DNA from: Octopus bimaculoides
Lineage: Eukaryota
NCBI RefSeq assembly: GCF_001194135.2
Contig: NC_068994.1
Coordinates: forward strand, 50,810,891-50,849,100
Reading direction: 5' to 3'
Length of the DNA stretch: 38,210 nucleotides
The notes beneath the pieces are model-generated. The model saw nothing but the letters and a program-made list of their open reading frames with translations. It had not been told where the DNA came from and made no database searches. The translations under genes and the position numbers were made by a program. Of this stretch, positions 11,305 through 20,971 are shown in pieces; positions within the stretch are counted from its first letter, which is position 1, and every line of letters begins with the position of its first letter.

Positions 11305-11579
11305 AATTATTTAAAATTATAATACAGGGTATCAAGAGATACCACCACGCTGAAAAAAATAGCAGTCAAATCCTGACTCTAAAACCACAATAAATGTCCA
11401 CATGGCACGAGTAGTGAAGACGAAGACCAAATAAACCAGTAAAAATAATAAGATTGGTCTTCGTCTTCACTACTCGTGCCATGTGGACATTTATTGTGGT
11501 TTTAGAATCAGGATTTGACTGCTATTTTTTTCAGCGTGGTGGTATCTCTTGATACCCTGTATTATAATTTTAAATAATT
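11305..11579. repeat. Near-perfect long inverted repeat (126-bp arms, 23-nt loop) between (AT)n tracts
   Basis: 11305-11430 is the reverse complement of 11454-11579 with one mismatch (C11377 opposite A11507). The right arm runs into the gap at 11580. Confidence 0.95.
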
Positions 11580-11640
11580 NNNNNNNNNNNNNNNNNNNNN
11601 NNNNNNNNNNNNNNNNNNNNNNNNNNNNNNNNNNNNNNNN

Positions 11641-11680
<40 letters not shown>

Positions 11681-11684
<4 letters not shown>

Positions 11685-11885
11685 CGAAGGTAGGATAGAA
11701 AGAACACAACAAATGGAAACCAACAAAACACAACATGCAGAAAAATAAACGATAGAATGACAAACAGCAAACAGGACAAAAACAAGATACACGGATCATT
11801 GGCAGCCGGTTTCCTCATCAGTCGGAGTCCGGAAAGTCCTTGTAGTTTCGCACCCCTTATAAAACAAGACAGGAAGTAGGAAAAA
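11681..11885 (-). mobile_element. Short repeat with decayed hammerhead-like core, abutting (AT)n
   Basis: Minus strand reads CCGA-CTGATGA-G-GAAA-CCGG-CTG with no stem II, then a T-rich 3' part ending at an (AT)n tract, as in the 6640-6842 element. Confidence 0.3.
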
Positions 11886-12080
11886 ATTGTTGGTATTATT
11901 TATTCACCAACTCTTTGTTCTGTTATAACACTGCAATCAATATTTCCAGAATTTTCAACTCTAATCTGTACCTCACATCAATACAACAACTACATACTAG
12001 ATTGTAATGTTGGGATTAGCAGATGTACTTCAAGAGGATGCAGCTTGGATTTTCCCCTACCTGCAAAACATCACTACACC

Positions 12081-12111
<31 letters not shown>

Positions 12112-12119
12112 ACATAGTG

Positions 12120-12345
12120 TGTGTTTGTGTTTGTGTCTCCTTATCGTGACGTCACATGATAGTTGTAAATAAATGTGTCTGTCATGACAAACGAATCAGT
12201 GTCGTTCATTTTCAGTCTTCTTTGGAAACCTGTCTGATCTTGAGCAGATACAACCTTGCTTGGAAACAGGCAAGGGTTGGCGACAGGAAGAGCATCTGTC
12301 TGTAGAAAATCTCACTAAACTCCACCCAATCCATGCAACCACTAA
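12120..12345 (+). mobile_element. SINE family B variant copy
   Basis: CCTTGCTTGGAAACAGG...GGGTTGGCGACAGGAAG...GTAGAAAATCT...CCATGCAA, matching 22480-22650. Confidence 0.65.
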
Positions 12346-12820
12346 CCACAGAAAAATGGGTAGTAGAATGATGATTCTTGGATCAGGGCTGATCATGGAC
12401 TTGAGAACAAAAACAATCTTTGACATCACCATATTCCTTTTATTTCAAGATTACTGTTTCCAATTTTACCAATTTTCCCCCCACCTTTCCATCCTCCTAG
12501 ACATCCCCTCTCTTTCATAGTTATATTTGCATTTATCGTTTTTCTTTTCTTTTTTTTTTCCTCACATTCAATTCCAAACTATTGCCAAATTTACATGTTT
12601 GTGAAGAATATTTTGCTCTCCTGAAAAACGNNNNNNNNNNNNNNNNNNNNNNNNNNNNNNNNNNNNNNNNNNNNNNNNNNNNNNNNNNNNNNNNNNNNNN
12701 NNNNNNNNNNNNNNNNNNNNNNNNNNNNNNNNNNNNNNNNNNNNNNNNNNNNNNNNNNNNNNNNNNNNNNNNNNNNNNNNNNNNNNNNNNNNNNNNNNNN
12801 NNNNNNNNNNNNNNNNNNNN

Positions 12821-13109
12821 AGTTTCCATGGAATGATAAAGTAGATTCCCAGTTACTTCCTGTCAGATAATTAAACTGGATGTTGCAAAACCTCATCTCC
12901 ACCCCTTCCGCGCCATGCCATGCCATGCCACACCACCACCACCACCACACTGTACACAAGATACAGCAACAACATTCTTTAGTTTCCATGGAATGATAAA
13001 GTAGATTCCCAGTTACTTCCTGTCAGATAATTAAACTGGATGTTGCAAAACCTCATCTCCACCCCTTCCGCGCCATGCCATGCCATGCCACACCACCACC
13101 ACCACCACA
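12821..13109 (+). repeat. Exact 129-nt direct duplication (period 160) beside a gap
   Basis: 12821-12949 is identical to 12981-13109; the first copy starts exactly at the edge of gap 12631-12820. Confidence 0.9.
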
Positions 13110-13479
13110 ATACTCACCACTACTGCCAACACTACTACTGCTGCTGTGGCCTCCACCACCATTATCATTATCATCAATCTTGACCACTACCACCTACAAC
13201 AACAACAACAACAACCAATATTGACTACCACCAACACTAATATCACTAGTACAACCATCATCACCATCGTTGCTATTACTACCACCACCACCACCACCAT
13301 CCACTAATACCACCTTCATCACTACCACTTCCTCTACTACTCCCATCTTCAACACCACAGCAATCATCATCATCATCGTCGTCATCACAGTTTGTCTCTG
13401 CTGCTTTGTTGAAATATTGTATACAACTAGGTTAACTGCTTTCCTTTCCTTTCCTTCCTTGTGCCCACATTAGAAGTCG

Positions 13480-13525
<46 letters not shown>

Positions 13526-13845
13526 TCTTGCCTTAGCAGCAGTAGCAGCAGTAACATCTTTATCACTTTAATCTTCATCAGCATTATCATCATCTTGATT
13601 ATCATTATCCTCATCACTGGGTAATGAGCAGTTCTGTCACTAGCAAACTGTGACATCATCATCATCACCATGCCCATCACCATCATCATCATCACCAAGT
13701 TCCCCATCTTCACCACACTCACCATTATCATCATCATCATCATCATCACCTTAACAATCAATTGATATCAACACCACCAACACCACCCTGTCATCACTTT
13801 CAACAACCTCATTACCATCATCATCATCATCACTACCTCTCAGAA
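13090..13845. repeat. Long compound (CAC/CAT/ACT)n low-complexity tract
   Basis: Directly visible; source of the poly-T/H/M ORFs. Other simple repeats include (TA)n 1-77, (GATA)n ~178-225, (CAT)n ~7905-8040, (ATTT)n ~9735-9768, (ATT)n ~17267-17303, (ATGT)n ~18565-18820, (GT/AT)n ~21690-21960 and (AAT)n ~28430-28470. Confidence 0.9.
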
Positions 13846-14075
13846 GCTGGGCAAGGAGAGGATTGATGCTTGGGTGGAGAGCGGCTACTGCAATACGACC
13901 AAACATTGCTTCTCTTCCTTCAAGACTCAGCCATAAAGTCAGATGCTTCCACTTTGAAAGCTAATCCAATCTGACAGGTTTTCACGTCTTCCTTAGTTTT
14001 TTTTTTGGGGGGGGGGTCCTTTTAGAGAGAGATAGAGAAGTAGAGAGGGTTTTTGTTTTTTTTATTTCCATCATA

Positions 14076-14109
<34 letters not shown>

Positions 14110-14126
14110 ATCACTGCCTGGAATCG

Positions 14127-14391
14127 GGCATATGGCGTAGTGGTTAAGAGTGTGGGCTACCAACCCCAAGATTCCAAGTTCGATTCCAGGCAGTAACTTG
14201 AATAATAATAATAATAATAATAACAATAACATCGAAAAATACCTTAGGAATTGGAACCCAGGCTCGAAATTTCCCCAAGACACCTGATGAAGGCTGGAGG
14301 GTATATCAGCCGAAACGTTATGTTAACAACAAAGAAGACAAAAATCCATCAAATGTAAATAATGTACATAATTCCTCATCTCTTAAATATA
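14127..14391 (+). mobile_element. tRNA-headed SINE-like element containing a hammerhead motif
   Basis: Pol III A-box TGGCGTAGTGG (14133-43), anticodon-arm-like GGG-CTACCAA-CCC, B-box GTTCGATTCC (14178-87), (AAT)n spacer, hammerhead motif at 14279-14324, AT-rich tail. Preceded by an inverted partial copy (14078-14126). Confidence 0.7.
14279..14324 (+). ncRNA. Putative minimal type I hammerhead ribozyme (Penelope-like element type)
   Basis: GACAC (stem I, 14279-83), CTGATGA (canonical core, 14284-90), A, GGCTG-10 nt loop-CAGCC (stem II, 14292-14311), GAAA (14312-15), CG, TT (predicted cleavage after 14319), ATGTT (stem I'; innermost pair C.A mismatch, then A-U, C-G, A-U, G.U). Confidence 0.65.
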
Positions 14392-14500
14392 TGTGTTGCT
14401 ATAGTTTAGTCTTTGGTCAGCTATGTTCAGAGCAATTCTGTGGTCAAAGGCATGCCACTAATGACCTTTACAACTCGGTTTTCTTTTCAAAAGTACAGTA

Positions 14501-14912
14501 GGCACAGGTGTGGCTGTGTGGTAAGAAGCTTGCTTCCCAACCACATGGTTCCGAGTTCAGTCCCACTGTGTGGCACCTTGGACAAGTGTCTTCTGTTGTA
14601 GCCTCAGGTCGACTATCACCTTGAGAGTGAATTTGGTAGACGGAAACTGAAAGAAGCCTGCTGTATAAGTGTATGTGTGTATATATATATATATGTGTGT
14701 GCAAACGTGTGTTTGTCCCCCACCACCACTTGACAACTGATGTTGATGTGTTTATGTTCCTGTAACTTAGCAGTTCAGCAAAAGAGATCGATAGAATACA
14801 CACCAGGCTTTAAAAATAAAATAAGGACTGGGGTCAATTCATTCAACTAAAATTTCTTCAAGGTGGTGCCCCAGCATGGCCGCAGTCTAATGACTGCAAC
14901 AAGCAAAAGATA
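14501..14912 (+). mobile_element. SINE family A, near full-length copy
   Basis: GGCACAGGTGTGGCTGTGTGGTAAGAAGCTTGCTTCCCAACCACATGGTTCCGAGTTCAGTCCC head, internal (TA/GT) tract, body, and CCCCAGCATGGCCGCAGT...AAGCAAAAGA tail. Confidence 0.9.
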
Positions 14913-15007
14913 TCTGATGCGAACCAAGTCCCTGGTCAGTTGTGGTCAAACAGTGGGGTGGGTGGGTGACACACACACACACACACACATAATGCCATCC
15001 CATCTCC

Positions 15008-15152
15008 CAGTTTCCATCTACCAAATTCACTCATTGGTCATCTTGGACTTAAAGTAGAAGGCATTTGCTCAAAGTGCCACCACGCAGTGGGATTGAACCT
15101 GGAATCACATGGCTGCAAAGTGAATCTTCTTAACCACGCAGCCATGCCTGCA
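15008..15152 (-). mobile_element. SINE family A 5' half
   Basis: Reverse complement of the head and adjacent region (CAGTTTCCATCTACCAAATTCACTC...GATTGAACC...TAACCACGCAGCCATGCC). Confidence 0.8.
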
Positions 15153-15160
15153 CACACACA

Positions 15161-15212
<52 letters not shown>

Positions 15213-15459
15213 AAGCATTATTAACTCCATATTGTCCTTTAATGTTTTCATTATCGTTATTGATTTCATTGGGGTGGAAAATGGTGATTGATGTTTTTCT
15301 TTTTTGTTTCAATGTTTGTTAACATTTTTTTGTTCTTTTTCCCTTTCTGTTACCACAAACTGGTATAAACCATATTTACTGGTAATAATGAATTGAATAT
15401 CGTTAGTTAGGTAAATAGAAAATTGATAGATAATTGATAAATAGCTATGTAATTGATAA

Positions 15460-15832
15460 GTCGATAGATTAGATTACAGATTATATTAGATTATAGATTA
15501 GATTAGAGTACAGATTATACACTAGATTAGATTTCGGATTAAATTTAGATTATGGATTATATTGGATTATAGATAAGATAACTGATTAAATTTGATTATA
15601 GATTATGGATTATATTAGACTATAGATTAGATTACAGATTAAATTGGATTATAGGTTATGAACTATATCAGTTTATAGATTAGATTAAATTATAGATAGA
15701 TTAAATTACAGATTAAATTAGGTTATAGATTAGATTAGATTATAGATTAGATTATAGATAGATTAGATTAGATTCCTCATTAGATTACAGATTAGATTTG
15801 GATTAGATTAGCTACATTTAGATTATTGGGAT
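15460..15832. repeat. Degenerate (TAGAT/GATTA)n pentanucleotide satellite
   Basis: About 370 nt of repeated ATTAG/ATTATAG units, nearly devoid of C on the + strand. Confidence 0.85.
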
Positions 15833-16174
15833 TAACTCTTTGTGTGAGAGAGAAGAAATAACTTTTGCCAGCTATAGGCCACCAATATTCCACTTAAAAT
15901 CTCTATTTCCCATTTTCTTAGTACATACAAAAATTGATTGATAGGCAGACAGATTAAATGGACAGGCAGATAGTTTAGAGTAATGAGTATGCTATTTTTT
16001 TCCCAAAGACATATCTCAAAAGTTTGCTGGGTATCCTAGAGTATGAGGGTTTCATTTGTTATCAGCTAGTTTTATCTCCAGTGGAAGATCTTTATGCTAA
16101 ATTTTTCCCAAAACTTAGTCAGGTGTCTGTGTTAGAAATCATTACTTATCATATCAGAATTGTTTGCACTCTGG

Positions 16175-16803
16175 ACAAGATGCTTTGTGGTATTCTGTCT
16201 GTTTTTTTGTTCTGAGTTCAAATTCTGCCAAGGTTGAGTTTGCCTCTCATCCTTTTGGGGTTGATAAATTAAGTTCCTGTTGTGCACTGGGGTTGATGTT
16301 ATCAATTTGCCCCCCCCCCCCCCATGTAGGTCTTGTGCCTATAGTAGAAAGGATCATTATCATTATCGACCCCAAAAGGATGAAAGGCAAAGTCGACCTC
16401 AGCGGAATTTGACAATCTGAGTTCAGATCCTATTGAGGTTTACTTCACTTTTCTTTCATCCTCTCCGGGTCAATGAAATAAAGTACCTGTCAAGTACTGG
16501 AGTTGACGTAATCGACTTACTGCCTCTCATCAAAACTGCCAGCTTTATGCAAAATTTACAAAGAATTATTATTGTTATTAAGGTGGAAAACTGACAGGAT
16601 TGTTAGCACATCAGAGAAGATGCATAGCAGTATGTTGTCCATCTTTAGGTTCTGAGTTCAAATTCTACCAGGATCAACTTTGTCTTTCATCTTTTCAGAG
16701 TAAATAAAATGTGTACCAGTTGAGCACTAGAGTCGATGCAACCAACTTGTACCCTCTCCCCGAAAATTTCTGGCCTTGGTGCCAGAATTTGAAACCCTTA
16801 TTA
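16175..16803. mobile_element. Tandem cluster of SINE family E copies just upstream of the MAEA exon
   Basis: Repeated TTCTGAGTTCAAATTC...TTTCATCC...AAGTACC...GGCCTTG(G)TGCC units at ~16175-16355, ~16417-16570 and ~16580-16803 (+), plus one minus-strand 50-nt fragment (16363-16412). Confidence 0.8.
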
Positions 16804-16870
16804 CTATTATTATTATTGTTGTTGGTGTTGTTGATATTGAGATTTGTTTGTTTTCTTTGTGTCATTTCAG

Positions 16871-17056
16871 GTTCCTTATGAACTGTTGAATAAAAAATTT
16901 CGTTCTGCTCAGAAAAACATCGACCGTGAGATTTCTCATCTACAAATTGTTGGTAATGACTTGGAGAAGTGCCTGCAGAAGAAGCCTGTCACCGTTGGAG
17001 AGGTTACAAAAGCCCTTGATTCAGTCGTCGAAAAACTGACCTTTCTTAAACGCAAG
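16871..17056 (+). CDS. MAEA: Internal coding exon of macrophage erythroblast attacher (MAEA/Gid9/Fyv10, CTLH E3 ubiquitin ligase subunit), equivalent to vertebrate exon 2
   Basis: Translates [62 protein letters not shown], matching from memory the human MAEA N-terminus ([24 protein letters not shown]...LDGVVEKLSVLKRK). Acceptor ttttctttgtgtcatttcag|GTT and consensus donor AAG|gtaagt; 186 nt, 62 codons, phase 0/0. No other MAEA exon found in the called sequence. Confidence 0.93.
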
Positions 17057-17265
17057 GTAAGTGACTGACAAAAGAAGCAGTTATCTCATTCTAATCTAGA
17101 CAAGACTACAGAGTCTCGTTTTCTTGGCTTGAAATATTCTATAAGGATACTTACATACTTCGTTTACTCTTCCATCTTTTTGGTTCGACCTTCTTATATA
17201 TTTTATTTGTAATTTGGTTGTTTGATCTGACCCTTTTGCTTATCAGGCTTTCATATAAATATTAA

Positions 17266-17305
<40 letters not shown>

Positions 17306-19140
17306 ATTGACTGAGAAAGCAGCTCGTGCTGTCAAAGTCACACTGTGGTACAAATATACGAAGTCCAATATACCTATCATGTGTGTGTATATGTTTATGT
17401 AAATAATACATAACTGAAAAACTCAGAGTAGCAACGGAGTTCAGTATATAGGAATGTATGTATAAACAGGTATATAGGCAGGTGTATATAATAAGAAGCA
17501 GCTTCTACTGGCTACCTGAATTAAACTTTTCACCTAATCACTCACTGTACACAATCAGGGTTGTAACCAAATCTCAACTAATATCTGAATGCCATTGAAG
17601 AGGGAGGGAGACCCCATGTTGTTTTTAAGTCCTAAATATTAGATACAACATTGTTAGCATTCAAGGCAGCAGGCTTGTGACTAAGATAGTTAATCTGTAT
17701 TCTTTGTTAGAACAACAGCAGACTTCATGCAATGTATTTTCTCAAAAGCTTACTCGGCAGTGTCCAGGGCTGATCAAACAATTGCAAGCTTACAAATATA
17801 TATGGTTAGGGGGGATCGTTTTTAATGGCTAAAATAGAAATGAGAAACTATGCATACATGTATACAGTTACATATGTGTGTGTGTGTCATATACATACGT
17901 ATGTGTGTGTGTGTATTACCAAATATGAAGATAGCACAAGAAAGGTTTAATGCAATATAACTTTGTGTGAGAATGCAAATGATGCTAGTCCTTGACATTC
18001 TCATAAAAGAAAGGGTGCCAGAGCAGAGAGCGAGGTAGGGACATTCACTACATATCATGGACATCATCAGCCATGAATGCTATTACCAACAACACCCCTG
18101 CTATCATCGTTAGCACCATCCCTACCACTGCCACCACCATACATGTCAGAAATATTCTGAAAAGGGGGAAAAAAAACAGGCCTTTGACCATATAAGTCTG
18201 TTCAATGAAGCCTGATCTGGGGGCTTGAGAAACGCCATGGTGTTTATTGTTTATTACACTGCAGTCTCTATGCAATAAACTGCCACATGGCAATGTAAGT
18301 GTGTGTGTGTGTGTGAAAGAGAAAGAGAGAGACAGAGAGAGAGAGAAAGAGAGGCTTGGTGCTGGAGCAGGTTGAATGCCTAGAAATGGTTCTGTGTGTT
18401 AGAGATTTCTTTTGAGCAACGGAAGAAACATTTGATCATGGCGAGGTGGAGAATTTCATTGTGGTCGCAGCCGCTGTACAGCTAACCCCCAACCTTGACT
18501 CTAACACAACATTTGCATCAGCAACAACACATCATAGTGTGAATATATAAAAAGAATAACATATATTGTGTGTGTGTGTGTGTGTATGTAGATGTGTATA
18601 TGTATGTATGTAGCTGTATATATATATTTATGTATGTACAGATATGTATGTATACATACATATGCATGTATATGTATGTATGTAGTTGTATATATATTTA
18701 TGTATGTACAGATATGTATGTATGTATAGATATGCATGTATACATATATATTTATGTATGTATGCGTATGTATATTTGTATATATATGTTTATATATTTA
18801 TATGAATATATTTACATACATATATATTATCATCATCGTCATCATTTATTGTCTGCTTTCCATGCTGGCATGGGTTAGATGGTTTAACTAGAACTGGTAA
18901 ATCAGAGAACTGCACCAAGTTCCAGGCCACATTCCTAGTGCCCCCACCCCCAACTAACCATCACAAACACAGACCTCTTTCTGAAGCAAATTCAAAGCAA
19001 CTGTATTTCACAAACAGAACTTAACCTAGGGAACCCATTGTTTTGTTGTTTTTACATGAATCACTACCCCATTATTGCCCCCTTGGAACTTTCCACCACA
19101 CTCGGGGGGTGGGGGTGCAATACTGCCCACTTTGGGAACC

Positions 19141-19491
19141 ACTTGGCTAAAGGCTTCTACTATACCCACAGGTTGACCAAAGCCTTGTGAATAGATTTTG
19201 GGGATGGGAACCAAAAGAAGCTTCACATATACATACATGTGTGTGTGAGTGAGTGTGTGTGTGTTTACATGCACAGGTGTGCATGCCTCTGTGTCTGTCC
19301 CCTACGACAGCTTGACAACCAGCATTGGTTAATTTACGTTTTTATAACTTAGTGGTTCAACAAAAGAGACCATTAGAATAAGTACCTAACTTAAAAAACA
19401 AATCCTGGGGTTGATTTGTTCGATTAAAAACCTTCAAGGCAATGCCCCAGCATGGCCACAGTCGAACAGCAGAAACAAATAAAAGATAAAA
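19141..19491 (+). mobile_element. SINE family A, 5'-truncated copy
   Basis: CCAAAGCCTTGTGA...CAAAAGAGACC...GCCCCAGCATGGCCACAGT...AAATAAAAGATAAAA. Confidence 0.8.
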
Positions 19492-19898
19492 CAAGATGAA
19501 AAAAGAAAGAAGATAAAAGCCATAAAGACATACATAATATAGTAGAAAAACAGTGATATTGGGTAATTCATTAATTTGTCTTTTGTATGTGCAGTCATTG
19601 TCTAATTTGCTGATGTAGACATCAATGTTTAATATAATTAGCGTATTTATCTGTCTTACTTGTTGTAGCATTGGTGAGTAAAATAAGATCATCTCATCCA
19701 TTAATGAAACACTTTTATTAAATTCTTTCAGAAGATGAAAGTATGCATCAGTTACTCCTATTATTGGTATATGGACATCTTTAACCCTTTTCAATTCCAG
19801 CCTGCCTCAGACCAGCTGGCTCTATGGCACAAATTTCCTGGTTTAAAGAGATCTGAATTATAAACCCTCCATCGAAACAAAAATTTCATATTAATTTA

Positions 19899-20054
19899 GG
19901 TGCCGGCATGGCTGTGTGGTTAAGGAGTTTGCTTCTCAACTACATGGTTTCAGGTTCAGTCCCACTGTGTGGTACTCTGGGCAAGTATCTTCTATAAATC
20001 TGGGCCAACAAAAGCCTTGTGAGTGGATTTGGTAGACAAAAACTAAAAGAAGTT

Positions 20055-20060
<6 letters not shown>
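19899..20060 (+). mobile_element. SINE family A 5' half
   Basis: GGCATGGCTGTGTGGTTAAGG...GGTTCAGTCCCACTG...AGCCTTGTGAGTGGATTTGGTAGAC, followed by (AT)n. Confidence 0.85.
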
Positions 20061-20105
<45 letters not shown>

Positions 20106-20807
20106 CATATGTGTGCATCAGTGTGTGTGTCTGTGTGTGTGCATGTACATGTGTTTGTCACATCATCATCATACATGTATGTATATGCTTACATACGTCC
20201 ATGTATATGAGCTGGCAGAATTGTTAGCATGCCAGGCGAAATTCTTTGTGGCATTTCATTCATCTTTAAGTCCTGAGTTTAAATTCCTCCAAAGTTGTTG
20301 TTTATGCCAGGTCGCCTGATTGGCTTCCGTGCTGGTGGCACGTAAAAAGCACCATCCAAACGTGATCGATGTCGTAGGTTAGCCTACATGTAGAAATGTG
20401 ACTTCATTTTGAAATCCCCCCCTGAGGAAATACCCAACTGACTGGTTTCAAATTTGGGAATTTGAACCGAATTTTATTTCTGTAATTGAATTGATTGGGT
20501 GTGGAAACAGCTGTAGGCAGGAATTTCTCAGTATGAATTTGAATGCCTTTAAATAAATAACAACTGTAAGTCAAATTTATCCATTTTCTTCATTTTCACA
20601 TTTTCACACACACATACACACATATATGTTGCTTGTTTTTCCACCATACTTTGGCCTTTCAACACTTGGCATACAGTCACCTTCATCACCTTCCTCTTGG
20701 TAGGGACCTTTTTCCACTTCCTTTTTCTTTGTTCTTTTCTGTCATGCCAGTGATGAAGAAACCTCACTGCTGCTAAGTGGCACAAAAAATTAAAACAAAA
20801 AAACACT

Positions 20808-20971
20808 TAGTACACACTATGGAGTGGTTGGTATCAGGAAGGGCTTGCAGTCGTAGAAACAATGCCAAAGATTGCATTTGGAGCACAGTGTAACCCTATA
20901 GTTCACTGGTTCCCTGTCAAACCATTCTATTCATGCTAACATGGAAAGCGAACATTAAATAATGATGATGG
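20808..20971 (+). mobile_element. SINE family B 3' part
   Basis: GGAGTGGTTGG...AGGAAGGGC...CTGTCAAACC...CATGCTAACATGGAAAGCGAACATTAAATAATGATGATG. Confidence 0.75.

Noticed and set aside
14127-14196. Possible tRNA gene
   Set aside because: A- and B-boxes are present, but there is no complete acceptor stem or terminator and it continues into a repeat body; it is a SINE head.
6713-14324. Idea that the two hammerheads heterodimerise in cis within one pre-mRNA through ACGU
   Set aside because: In a dimer, stem I forms between partners, and UCUUU/AUGUU and GACAC/AAAGA are not complementary, so only homodimers are plausible.
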